Positions 38,083 through 47,513 of a DNA stretch of 64,000 nucleotides are shown piece by piece. The notes beneath the pieces were generated by a model. That model saw only the letters and a program-made list of their open reading frames with translations, searched no databases and was not told where the DNA came from. Numbering within the stretch: position 1 is the first letter of the stretch; each line of letters starts with the position of its first letter. Position numbers and translations under genes: made by a program. The DNA comes from Patescibacteria group bacterium (GTDB lineage Bacteria; Patescibacteriota; Gracilibacteria; UM-FILTER-43-11). The stretch spans positions 1,935-65,934 of the forward strand of contig JAHJBZ010000002.1 in the NCBI GenBank assembly GCA_018813295.1, given 5' to 3'.

Positions 38083-38649
38083 AAGGGGGGTTTTACATTA
38101 TCGGAGTTAATAATAGTCATCTCTATTATAGGGGTTATTACGGCTATTGCCTCAAATACATACCGTAATCAACGCGTTCAGGTTGAATTTACCGATTCTC
38201 TGACAACAGTTGTGAGTATGATTAAGACAGCGCGCAACTATGCTGTTACAAGTAGAATGGCTTATGACGGTGGCGAGCTTTCTGTACCACCGGAAGGCTA
38301 TGGAATTTATATAAATTCCAACACCGGGGAATTTATTTTATTTGCAAATGTTGGGTCTGATCCTAATGCTTATGATGGGAGCAATGATGATGTTATTGAA
38401 GAGGAATACACTCTGCCAAATAACACGGTATTTGAAGATATGTTATCGGATAGTTGTGATGGAAGCTCTGGGGTTGATGAGGTGGTAATAATTTTCCGTC
38501 CACCTCTTGCTGATGCCTCAATTATAGATGGTGTTGGCGACACAATGAATACTCTTTACATGCGTCTTTCCCGCGCTGGCAGCCCTGCTGGTGTTTATAA
38601 ATGTATTCATATGAATCGCACAGCTGGATTCCCGGAGATCGATCTTTAA
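38080..38649 (+). CDS. FimT/GspH-like minor (pseudo)pilin; start codon unresolved (ATC 38080 proposed)
   Basis: The frame is open from 38038 and reads ..KSKIKGGFTLSELIIVISIIGVITAIA.. followed by TVVSMIKTARNYAVTS, which is GspH/FimT-like. The first canonical start (GTG 38212) would delete the pilin helix. Confidence 0.65.
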   Translation: MKGGFTLSELIIVISIIGVITAIASNTYRNQRVQVEFTDSLTTVVSMIKTARNYAVTSRMAYDGGELSVPPEGYGIYINSNTGEFILFANVGSDPNAYDGSNDDVIEEEYTLPNNTVFEDMLSDSCDGSSGVDEVVIIFRPPLADASIIDGVGDTMNTLYMRLSRAGSPAGVYKCIHMNRTAGFPEIDL

Positions 38650-38650
38650 T

Positions 38651-38770
38651 TGTCTGAACCGCAGATTACGCAGATTAAATGATTTCACAGAATTTGATTG
38701 CGCAGATTGTAATCAGTGAAATCAAAGTCAGCGTAATCCGAAAAATCAGTGTAAATCAGCGGTTCAGACA
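38651..38770. repeat. TGTCTGAAC...GTTCAGACA long hairpin element, copy 2 (between pilin genes)
   Basis: tgtctgaaccgcagattacgcagatt...aatcagtgtaaatcagcggttcagaca, followed by an A-rich tract. Confidence 0.65.
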
Positions 38771-38844
38771 AAAAAAATAAAAAATAAACAAAAAAATTCC
38801 TAATTCTTAATCTTCAATTTTCAATCCTTAATCCTTTTAAGCAC

Positions 38845-39519
38845 ATCAAAGGAGAAACAATAGCCGAGACAATTATTGCTCTTACGATTCTGGCTGTTGG
38901 TATTACGCTAAGCAGTACTATGATGGCCAATTCTCTGCGCAATGTGAATGTTTCTAAGAATAGGGTGATTGCTGTTAACATCGCCCGCGAAGGAATTGAG
39001 GCAGTGCGTAATATTCGTGATACAAACTGGCTTAAGTTTAGTGGTAATAGGAGGATATGCTGGAATAGTTTGCCGGATGAAGACATTAATGAACCTTGTG
39101 ACGGAACCGATTTAATTGATTACGAAGCTGATGGTTATATCGTTTACAAAGCCAGTGATCATCGCTGGCGCTTGCAGGATGTAACTGCAGCTGATGAAAC
39201 TGCCCTTTCTACCGTAGATATTGATTTAACAGTGAACACAGATGGTGACAATGATCCTAATGGAGATGAAAATGATTCAGATATGTATAACCATACTGAT
39301 CCTGCCGATGCATTAGGAAGAGACTATGCACAAAATACTAACTTTTATCGTGTTATTACCATCGAGTATTTGGATGAAGATGGAAATTATACCAATAACC
39401 CTTATGATAACCGCATCGAGGTAAGCTCCACCGTTACCTGGATAAAAGGCAGTGCTGAACACAGCGTGGAACTTAAAACCCATTTAACCGATTATCTTGG
39501 AAGGGATAATTTGGATTAA
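38845..39519 (+). CDS. PilV-like minor pilin; start codon unresolved (ATC 38845 proposed)
   Basis: The frame is open from 38788 and reads ..HIKGETIAETIIALTILAVGITLSSTMMANSL..NIAREGIEAVRNIRDTNW. The first ATG (38920) lies after the hydrophobic helix. Confidence 0.6.
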   Translation: MKGETIAETIIALTILAVGITLSSTMMANSLRNVNVSKNRVIAVNIAREGIEAVRNIRDTNWLKFSGNRRICWNSLPDEDINEPCDGTDLIDYEADGYIVYKASDHRWRLQDVTAADETALSTVDIDLTVNTDGDNDPNGDENDSDMYNHTDPADALGRDYAQNTNFYRVITIEYLDEDGNYTNNPYDNRIEVSSTVTWIKGSAEHSVELKTHLTDYLGRDNLD

Positions 39520-39520
39520 C

Positions 39521-39629
39521 TGTCTGAACCGTGATTTATAGGATTAAAAGATGGCCATGATTATAAATAGATAAACACATTATAAATAATCAAGTAATCA
39601 AGCTAATCAGGTAAATCATGGTTCAGACA
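39521..39629. repeat. TGTCTGAAC...GTTCAGACA long hairpin element, copy 3 (between pilin genes)
   Basis: tgtctgaaccgtgatttataggatt...aatcaggtaaatcatggttcagaca. Confidence 0.65.
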
Positions 39630-39696
39630 AAAAATAAAAAACAAAAAAAGTTAATAACTTAATCTTAAATCGCTAATCGCTAATCTTAAATCTAAA

Positions 39697-42600
39697 ATCA
39701 AAGGAGGTTTTACCTTGGCGGAATTAGTAATTTCAGTAACTATACTAGCCCTGATAATAACAACCGCATCTGCTGTTTATGTAAACTTTTTCGGTTCTGT
39801 CAGGAATTTGAAGGCAGCGAATTTGGTTTATGAGGAAGCGCGTTTTGTAATGGAACGGATTGTAAAGGAGGTTAGGAATGGGACAATAGATTATGAGGAA
39901 TATTACAATCAAAGCGTAATCAAGCAAGGCTATAGGGATCAAGGTCTACCAGAAGATTATTATGAAGCCGCTAGGAATCCTTCTTATGCACTCGATTATT
40001 GTAAGTATAGTTTACAATTTTATAGTGAGGGACCCGACGGGGAAATTGGTACATTTGATGATGAAAGTTTAGGCGTTCGTAATACAGTGGACGTAGATGG
40101 TGATTATTTGCCTCCTGCTATTGGGTATGTAGAACCTGATGGAGACATTGTTTCCAGCCCAATTCAAAATGATTTGTTTTTAATAAACATTAATGGAGAT
40201 CGTCGTAGTTATGTTAGACGGATTGAAAGGGAAGGCATTGGTAAAATTGGCTTACTTAAGCTCGTAGGGCATGATTTTGGTGTAGATAATATTAATGCTT
40301 CTGATCCTGATCTTGATCCTGCTACTGCGGACTCTTGTGAAACTGACCCTGGCGAAAATGATGGACGTATTGATACCTGGTTATGTGAAGATGGTTTTAC
40401 TTGCTTAGATAGAGCCATTACAAATGCGGATGCCTCTTGTACCGGTATAACACACGATATAATTTATAACCCAGGAGACCCTACGGAAAATAGTTATATA
40501 GATATCACGCCTGCATCACTTGATATTGTGGATGTTAAATTTATTGTTTCTCCAATGGATGATCCACGTAAAGCGTATAGCAATAACAGTGTTCAAATTC
40601 AACCACATGTGACTATAAAGCTTATCGCCCGTGCCAGCCCGAGTATCGCTAATCAATTTACAACTGGTAATACGCCGGATATTGTACTTGAATCCACTGT
40701 TTCTGCCCGGGCATATAATGAGATAATTACTGAATGTAATTTAAAGCAATGCAGTGAGTTTAGCCCACCGGAACCTTGTCTGTTAACTCTGGGTGTTTGT
40801 GGACCTACAGACCCAGCTAATGATCCAGCACTTCAAACTTGTGAAAATTTTGTATGGTCAGGATGTACTGAAGAAACATATCAAGATTACGCCTTAAGTG
40901 AGTGGGGTAATGCGGATTTTTATCAGCATACTACTGAATATGCCTCTTGTGACCCAACTGATCCGCCAGAAACTTATGATGCCTGCAGGCAAAGCTATTG
41001 TGAAGATGATCATGATAATGATTGTGATGGATTTACGGATGAGGAAGATGTGGATTGCCAATCTATACTTTGCGATAACGGAATATATGATGGAGTTGAT
41101 GTAGAAGAGGTAGATAATTGTATCGATGTAGGTGGTGTTTGCTGGCAATTCCATCCATATGAAGAAGGCGAGGAGACCTTATGTTTTGATGAACATGATA
41201 ACGACTGTGACGGAAATGCAGATGAATTTGATCCTGACTGTATCGCCAATGTTATTTGTCAAAACGGTGTACAGGATAGTAATTTTATAAATTTCTTTGA
41301 TTACACTGGACCTTCTACTGGCTATCTTGTTGGTTATACAACTTTTGATGATGATCTTAATGAAGAGGCGGAAGATGTTGGCGGAATCTGTGAGACATAT
41401 GCTGATTTAACTGTAGACGCCCTTATGGGTGATGGCTATGCGGAGGGAATTATTACCGGTTATGATCCGGATAACCCACCTGCCACTGGGGAAAGGCTTG
41501 TACCAGATGCTACATTCGCTGATCATGAAACAGGCAGTTTATGTTATGACGGATTGGATAATGACGGAGATGGTTTTGCGGATGAGTTGGATGGTGCTGA
41601 TACTCCTAGCGACTTAACGGATGATGATTGTTTAGAAGTTATTTGTAACAATGCAGTTCAGGATTGTGATTTGGTTCGTCCAGATTACAGCCCAGCCAAC
41701 TATTTGGTTGGTTTCATTGATACGGATAGTCCGCCATGCTCGGGACTATTTAATGACGAATACTGCACCGATGTGGGTGGAGTTTGTGATGGTCTTCGTG
41801 ATGTTGTTGACCTGAAATATGTTGACCATACAAAAATCAGCAATGAGAACAATCCTCATTCTTATACACCGCCAACACCTGCAAGCAATACCTGTACGGA
41901 TGAATTGGATAATGACTGTGATGGTGATATTGACTGGGAGGATGGCGATTGTTGTATTGACGGAGATAATGATAGTTATGTTGGCGATAGCGAGACATGT
42001 GAGCCTCCTGAACTAACTATAATAGACTGTAATGACAGCGATGCTGCTATTCATCCCGGTGCAACCGAAATATGTGACGGCGTAGCAGATGAAGATTGTG
42101 ATGGGTATGCGGATGAGGATGACTTTGACTGCTGTGATGATGGGGATGGGGATAATTTTGGTACGGTTGATGCATATTTAAATTGTATTGGTGGTTATCC
42201 AAATCCACCTGAGCCGGATTGTGATGATGCGGATGTAAATATATATCCAGGAGCGCCAGAGAACACCGAGGCACTTTGTGATAATCAAATTGATGCAAAT
42301 ACGCCAATAAATGACAACTGCCACACTGAAGTAATTGATGATCCTGGTAATCCTGGAAATGACCTAACGGTTGAAAGGGCGAATCATATTGATTGGTACA
42401 AAGCGACAGTTGGAATTGCTACCGCTTTTGAATATAAATACTTTGAACCAGCTTGTTGTGATCTTTATTCAGTTGAAATTTGTAATGATGCTGGCGATAG
42501 TGATGAGAATTGTGATGGTTTGGAGGGCTATGACGATCATCAGTGTGTAACGGAGGATGGATCTGCATTCCGGGATAACTTTACAAGCAATTCGTTTATA

Positions 42601-42981
42601 GGTGCGACTGAATTTGGTGCAACACAAATTGTAGGCAGTGGTGTTATTACACTTGAACTACCGACTGATGTTGGCATGGTTACAAGTGATAACATAAATC
42701 CTCTCGATCCATCTACATGTGGTGCTAGTGATTTTAGAGTTTCCATTTCAAAATCTGACAGTACTCCTGGCAGTAGCACAATTAAATATCAATTAAGTAA
42801 TGATGGTACAACCTGGTATGGAGATGCTGGGCAGGGAGATTGGATTGAAGCTGGTGATCTGCTTGAATATACATTTACCACATCTGACTACGATATTTAC
42901 TGGCGTGCAGAACTTGAAGGCGATGGCTCCTCTTCTCCATCTATTACTTATGTTAATTTGACTTATAACTGCGTTCCATAA
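39697..42981 (+). CDS. Giant PilW-like minor pilin with Cys/Asp-rich DNDCDG metal-binding-type repeats; start codon unresolved (ATC 39697 or TTG 39715)
   Basis: In-frame ..KSKIKGGFTLAELVISVTILALIITTASAVYVNFFGS..EEARFVMERIVKEVRNGT is PilW-like. About seven repeats of the C..(D/E)..DNDCDG..DE.D.DC / DC.D.D..I.PGA.E type lie between roughly 40990 and 42545. Confidence 0.7.
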   Translation: MKGGFTLAELVISVTILALIITTASAVYVNFFGSVRNLKAANLVYEEARFVMERIVKEVRNGTIDYEEYYNQSVIKQGYRDQGLPEDYYEAARNPSYALDYCKYSLQFYSEGPDGEIGTFDDESLGVRNTVDVDGDYLPPAIGYVEPDGDIVSSPIQNDLFLININGDRRSYVRRIEREGIGKIGLLKLVGHDFGVDNINASDPDLDPATADSCETDPGENDGRIDTWLCEDGFTCLDRAITNADASCTGITHDIIYNPGDPTENSYIDITPASLDIVDVKFIVSPMDDPRKAYSNNSVQIQPHVTIKLIARASPSIANQFTTGNTPDIVLESTVSARAYNEIITECNLKQCSEFSPPEPCLLTLGVCGPTDPANDPALQTCENFVWSGCTEETYQDYALSEWGNADFYQHTTEYASCDPTDPPETYDACRQSYCEDDHDNDCDGFTDEEDVDCQSILCDNGIYDGVDVEEVDNCIDVGGVCWQFHPYEEGEETLCFDEHDNDCDGNADEFDPDCIANVICQNGVQDSNFINFFDYTGPSTGYLVGYTTFDDDLNEEAEDVGGICETYADLTVDALMGDGYAEGIITGYDPDNPPATGERLVPDATFADHETGSLCYDGLDNDGDGFADELDGADTPSDLTDDDCLEVICNNAVQDCDLVRPDYSPANYLVGFIDTDSPPCSGLFNDEYCTDVGGVCDGLRDVVDLKYVDHTKISNENNPHSYTPPTPASNTCTDELDNDCDGDIDWEDGDCCIDGDNDSYVGDSETCEPPELTIIDCNDSDAAIHPGATEICDGVADEDCDGYADEDDFDCCDDGDGDNFGTVDAYLNCIGGYPNPPEPDCDDADVNIYPGAPENTEALCDNQIDANTPINDNCHTEVIDDPGNPGNDLTVERANHIDWYKATVGIATAFEYKYFEPACCDLYSVEICNDAGDSDENCDGLEGYDDHQCVTEDGSAFRDNFTSNSFIGATEFGATQIVGSGVITLELPTDVGMVTSDNINPLDPSTCGASDFRVSISKSDSTPGSSTIKYQLSNDGTTWYGDAGQGDWIEAGDLLEYTFTTSDYDIYWRAELEGDGSSSPSITYVNLTYNCVP

Positions 42982-42984
42982 AAA

Positions 42985-43095
42985 TTAGGACTTTTAAGAT
43001 TATTATGACTATTACGACTATTAAGAAACAATAAATAATGTTGATCCTAAAAGTCGCAAAAGTCATAAAAGTCCTAATAGTCTTAAATCCAAAAA
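42985..43095. repeat. Word hairpin (GACTATTACGACTATTA / AAAAGTCNTAA family), second copy
   Basis: aggacttttaagattattatgactattacgactattaag...cctaaaagtcgcaaaagtcataaaagtcctaatagtc. Confidence 0.5.
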
Positions 43096-43101
43096 AATTA
43101 A

Positions 43102-44253
43102 ATGATAAATATAATTAAAAACAATAGGGGTGTTTCACTTCCACTGGTTATAGGTCTGGTGATGCTGCTGATGATTGCTTCAGTTGGGGTGAATGAATTG
43201 ATTTTAAGAACACTTCGTTCCGCTCATCAAATTGAAGCGGCGGATCGGGCATATTTTGCTGCTGAGGCGGGTATTGAAGATGCTCTTTATGAACTCACCC
43301 CTCATTTTGCAGGATATGAAACGCCTGATTTGGATAGCGCTGACGTGAGAAGTAATAATTTTGGCGGAAGTGTTCAGTGGGATAACAATTGGGCAATTGA
43401 AAGTATAAGCGATAGTGACACATTTGATGGTTATTTTTATTCAAAGCAAAAATTAATCATTAGTTTGTATAACGATGAAGCGGGTGACACAGTAAAAGCC
43501 GCGAATTTTATTAATACAGACCCAGCAGATATTAGCACTCTTGGCGTAGGTTCATTTTTAATGACTTTCCGCGTTCCTTATGACCAGGAAGATCAATATT
43601 CTACGCCCTTTTTAAACAACGGCCTTGTTATTGATAATGATAGCGATGGACGAATTAATGAGGATGGGCCTGAGAACAATGGTTCCTGCCCGGGGGTCGT
43701 CGGCACTTCCAGGGATGCGGATTGTGACAGAAGGGAAGATGAGGATAGTAATCAGGATCCTGTAATTTACTGGAAGATTATAGATGATGAAGGGCGGTAT
43801 TTAGAGCCTAAAACGGGTTGTTTTACCGGCGTAGGAACTCCTGAGGATCCGCAGGGCAGCGAAATGTGCGAAAAGGACTTTATAAATACCGGCACTGATA
43901 TATACATAGAATTAAATGATTCGGATTTAGGGGTAAATCAAGACGGAGATGAGGTGTCGATTGGAACATTTATAACCAATGGTTATGACAATAGATCTAC
44001 GAAAAGTAAACTTCAGATTGAATTCCAAATCGTCGCTCCTCTGGAGCAGGCATATGAGGATAATGGAGTTAAGGAAATAATCATTCCTTACCTTGAATAC
44101 ACGGTAGAAACCGGAAGTGATTATGTTCCGCTTCCTAGATTTACCATTAAATCAGATGGTTATTACAAGGATTTTAAACAATCAATAACCACAACGATTA
44201 CGCCGAAGACGATTGCGCCGTTGTTTGACTTTACGATTATTCAGCAGCAATAA
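43102..44253 (+). CDS. PilX-like minor pilin with an Asp-rich calcium-binding-like insert
   Basis: 383 aa. NRGVSLPLVIGLVMLLMIASVGV..ADRAYFAAEAGIEDALYEL is a PilX N-terminal pattern. An internal DNDSDGRINEDG..DADCDRREDEDSNQD segment is present. Confidence 0.65.
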   Translation: MINIIKNNRGVSLPLVIGLVMLLMIASVGVNELILRTLRSAHQIEAADRAYFAAEAGIEDALYELTPHFAGYETPDLDSADVRSNNFGGSVQWDNNWAIESISDSDTFDGYFYSKQKLIISLYNDEAGDTVKAANFINTDPADISTLGVGSFLMTFRVPYDQEDQYSTPFLNNGLVIDNDSDGRINEDGPENNGSCPGVVGTSRDADCDRREDEDSNQDPVIYWKIIDDEGRYLEPKTGCFTGVGTPEDPQGSEMCEKDFINTGTDIYIELNDSDLGVNQDGDEVSIGTFITNGYDNRSTKSKLQIEFQIVAPLEQAYEDNGVKEIIIPYLEYTVETGSDYVPLPRFTIKSDGYYKDFKQSITTTITPKTIAPLFDFTIIQQQ

Positions 44254-44382
44254 TTTTCGCTTCGCTGTAGATTCGCCCTATCGGGCGTGGATGCGCTAAC
44301 GCTGTGGTTTTTTTGGAATTCCCTAAAACATCCACAGCGAAGCGAATCCACAGGCGAAGCCGCATCCACAGCGAAGCGAAAA
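44254..44382. repeat. MITE/REP-like hairpin element TTTTCGC..CTGTGGAT family, copy 2 (inverted orientation)
   Basis: ttttcgcttcgctgtagattcgccctatcgggcgtggat...atccacagcgaagcgaaaa. The internal cgccctatcggg is the reverse complement of the cccgatagggcg seen in copies 1 and 3. The element abuts the leuS stop codon. Confidence 0.7.
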
Positions 44383-46881
44383 TTATTTAACAACTATATT
44401 CACCAACTTCCCCGGAATATATATTTCCTTAATTATTTTCTTGCCATTGATATATCGTTTGATGGTTTCGTCTTTAAGGGCGGCGGATATGGCTTCATCT
44501 TTCGTGATATCTGTAGAAACCTCCTTTTTTGCCCGCACTTTTCCGTTGACGGAAAAAACCAATTCAAATGTGTTGTCGACTACTAATTCTGGATCAAATT
44601 CTGGCCACTTTTCATAGGCTATGGTTTTTTTATGACCTAATTTTTCCCAAATTTCTTCGGCTAAGTGAGGTGCGAATGGGGATAAAATTATGGCGAATTG
44701 TTTCATCAATGGCTTGCTTACATCTTTTCCTTTTTGGACTTCGTTGGCCAGGATCATCATTTGAGAAAGCGCGGTGTTAAAGCGGAAATTCTCTATATCT
44801 TCACCTACTTTTTTGATGGTTTTGTGGAGCAAGCGTTCGAGTTCTTCATCTGGTTTTTTGTTGATCACTTTCATTTCTTCGACAATACGATAGACTTTTT
44901 GCAAAAAGCGGAAGCTGCCCTCGATAGATTTTGTACTCCATGGTTTTACGGCTTCGAATGGCCCCATAAACATTTCATAAGCGCGGAGGGTGTCGGCACC
45001 GTATTTCTTTATTACATCATCTGGATTAATTACGTTGCCACGGGATTTACTCATTTTTTCTCCATCTTCGCCAAGGATAAGACCTTGGTTCATTAATTTT
45101 TGAAAAGGTTCTTTGTCTTTTACAAATTCCAGATCAAATAAAACCTTATGCCAAAAGCGGGCATAAAGCAGGTGGAGTACGGCATGTTCAGCGCCGCCAA
45201 CATATAAATCAACGTTCATCCAATAATCTTGATCTGCAATACTAATAAATCTTTTGCTATCTTTTGGGCTGAGGTAGCGGAGATAATACCAGCAACTACC
45301 AGCCCATTGCGGCATTGTGTTGGTTTCGCGTTTTGCAGGACCACTGCATTTTGGGCATTCGGTATTCACCCATTCATCTATGCCGGCAAGCGGTGATTCG
45401 CCAGTTCCGGTTGGTTCATATTTTTTAACGTCGGGGAGAAGCAGTGGGAGTTCGCTTTCATCAAGGGGTAAAGTCCCACAATGGTTACAGTGGACAACTG
45501 GAATTGGTTCTCCCCAGTAACGCTGACGGGAAAAAACCCAATCCTTTAATTTATAATTTACCGCACCTTCCCCTACTCCTTTTTCCTCAAGCCAGCGAAT
45601 AACTTCGTAGCGAGCCTTATCCTCTTCGTCATCGCTGGACCACAGGCCATTGAATTGAGCGGATTGCATCAAATAGCCGTAAGTGATGTAAGGAAGGTAA
45701 TTGTGCTCCTTCATATAAGCCTCAACTACTTTTTCATCTTCCGAGGAGAGTCTTGGTTTTATTTCTTTTGGGTTACCCTCCTCATCCGTGAATTTTTTAG
45801 GGCGTACAACAACACGCACGGGAAGACCATATTTCTTTGCAAATTCGTAATCCCTTTCATCATGAGCCGGCACACACATAATCGCGCCTGTACCGTAGCT
45901 TGCGAGTACGTAGTCGGCTATCCATATGGGTATTTCTTCGTTATTTACGGGATTGATGGCATAAGCGCCTGTAAATTGACCTGATTTTTCCTTATTTAGA
46001 TCTGTGCGCTCAAGATCGCTCTTCATCATCGCAAACTCCTTGTACTTTTCGACCTCTTTTTTGTATTCATTGGTTGTAATTTTGTAGACCAAAGGGTGTT
46101 CGGGCGAAAGCACCATATATGTTGCACCGAATAATGTATCTGGACGGGTTGTGTATACGCGTATTTTTTTCTCTGAATCCTTAACTTTAAAATCCACATC
46201 AGCTCCGTAACTCTTGCCGATCCAGTTGCGCTGCATAATTTTGATTGGTTCCGGCCAATCCACATCGTGTAAATCCTCTAGCAGACGATCGGCATATTCG
46301 GTGATTTTTAAAACCCACTGGCGAAGTAGTTTTTTAGTAGTCTGCTCTCCGCACCTTTCACATTTTCCGTCGACTACTTCTTCATTCGCAAGGCCTGTTT
46401 TGCAGCTTGGGCACCAGTTAATTGGTAATTCTGACTCATATGCAAGCCCCTTATTGTAAATCTGCAAAAATATCCACTGTGTCCATTTGTAGTAGTCGGG
46501 ATCTGTTGTATCCACTTCCCTATCCCAATCGTAGCTAAAGCCAATGGACTTAATTTGCTTTTTGAAGATTTTAATGTTTTCTTCCGTTACTTCGCGCGGG
46601 TGGCGGCCGGTTTTAATAGCGTAATTCTCTGCCGGCAGTCCAAAAGCATCCCAGCCCATTGGATGGAGGACGTTATAGCCTTTCATTCTTTTATAGCGGG
46701 AGATTATATCGGTAGCTGTATACCCCTCAGGATGGCCAACATGAAGCCCTGCCCCGCTTGGATACGGGAACATATCCAGAATATAGAATTTTTCTTTCTT
46801 TTTATCTAAATCTGCTTTAAAAGTTTTGTTTCTTTCCCAATATTTTTGCCATTTTGGTTCTATCTTGCTAGGATCGTACAT
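44383..46881 (-). CDS. leuS: Leucine--tRNA ligase
   Basis: 832 aa with [14 protein letters not shown] (HIGH), KMSKS and a CP1 editing domain. Confidence 0.97.
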   Translation of the reverse strand: MYDPSKIEPKWQKYWERNKTFKADLDKKKEKFYILDMFPYPSGAGLHVGHPEGYTATDIISRYKRMKGYNVLHPMGWDAFGLPAENYAIKTGRHPREVTEENIKIFKKQIKSIGFSYDWDREVDTTDPDYYKWTQWIFLQIYNKGLAYESELPINWCPSCKTGLANEEVVDGKCERCGEQTTKKLLRQWVLKITEYADRLLEDLHDVDWPEPIKIMQRNWIGKSYGADVDFKVKDSEKKIRVYTTRPDTLFGATYMVLSPEHPLVYKITTNEYKKEVEKYKEFAMMKSDLERTDLNKEKSGQFTGAYAINPVNNEEIPIWIADYVLASYGTGAIMCVPAHDERDYEFAKKYGLPVRVVVRPKKFTDEEGNPKEIKPRLSSEDEKVVEAYMKEHNYLPYITYGYLMQSAQFNGLWSSDDEEDKARYEVIRWLEEKGVGEGAVNYKLKDWVFSRQRYWGEPIPVVHCNHCGTLPLDESELPLLLPDVKKYEPTGTGESPLAGIDEWVNTECPKCSGPAKRETNTMPQWAGSCWYYLRYLSPKDSKRFISIADQDYWMNVDLYVGGAEHAVLHLLYARFWHKVLFDLEFVKDKEPFQKLMNQGLILGEDGEKMSKSRGNVINPDDVIKKYGADTLRAYEMFMGPFEAVKPWSTKSIEGSFRFLQKVYRIVEEMKVINKKPDEELERLLHKTIKKVGEDIENFRFNTALSQMMILANEVQKGKDVSKPLMKQFAIILSPFAPHLAEEIWEKLGHKKTIAYEKWPEFDPELVVDNTFELVFSVNGKVRAKKEVSTDITKDEAISAALKDETIKRYINGKKIIKEIYIPGKLVNIVVK

Positions 46882-47053
46882 CTGAACTCGGAGTTAAGGG
46901 GCATATCAAGGAATATTTTAGTTTAAATGGAGAGAATCGGCAACGCGTTTGTTTGAGTTTTTTTATAAATAATCCGCTGTCGCAAAAACTGGTGTCTACT
47001 ATTTGTATTTACGAAAATGAGTATTTTTAAGAATTATTTTAATTTATTTGTTC

Positions 47054-47302
47054 TTATATCCTCTTTATTTGTCTTGCCTTAACGCTTTTAATGGCCTTGG
47101 TATGATCTTTTAAAATATCATCTGATGGCATAAATCGTGCATCATTACGTATGAAATCTATTGCCGCGAAACGAAAGAATTCAGCACGGCTTTCAAAACC
47201 CCACTTTTTAATAGTTTTATTAATTTGTTTCATAAGCTCTTCGCTTATGTTAAATATGGTTTTTGGCATATATATACGATTGGTTATATTGAATGGTATC
47301 AA
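47054..47302 (-). CDS. Ribbon-helix-helix (CopG-like) small protein, orphan
   Basis: MPKTIFNISEELMKQINKTIKKWGFESRAEFFRFAAIDFI fits a strand-helix-helix pattern. The start may be the internal ATG at 47269. No partner gene is adjacent. Confidence 0.45.
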   Translation of the reverse strand: MIPFNITNRIYMPKTIFNISEELMKQINKTIKKWGFESRAEFFRFAAIDFIRNDARFMPSDDILKDHTKAIKSVKARQIKRI

Positions 47303-47513
47303 TTGTATATCTATTATATATACCTTGTAAACTTTGAAATATTATAACTAAGAAAATGATGTTTTTGTTACTAATTACGTAAGCTGAGATTGGTGAAGTC
47401 TAATAAAATTTAGTCCGCCGCGGCGAATTAATTTTTTCAAATTGTAATCAATTGCAGTCAACCAAGGCTTCAGCAAAATAGACTAAGCGTAAGTATACTT
47501 TTTTATAAATCTT

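Noticed and set aside
38212-39717. ORF-track starts GTG 38212, ATG 38920 and TTG 39715 as the true pilin starts.
   Set aside because: The first two remove the conserved pilin hydrophobic helix. The third removes the G-F-T-L cleavage motif, which is conserved in frame with synonymous substitutions. TTG 39715 behind AAGGAGG remains a formal alternative.
40894-42307. Several 62-86-aa ORFs inside or antisense to the PilW-like gene.
   Set aside because: They are artefacts of the GAT/GAC/TGT-rich repeat region. They are nested in a 1088-aa ORF that has a coherent domain structure.
44287-44586. 99-aa plus-strand ORF.
   Set aside because: It starts inside the repeat element and continues antisense into the leuS 3' end.
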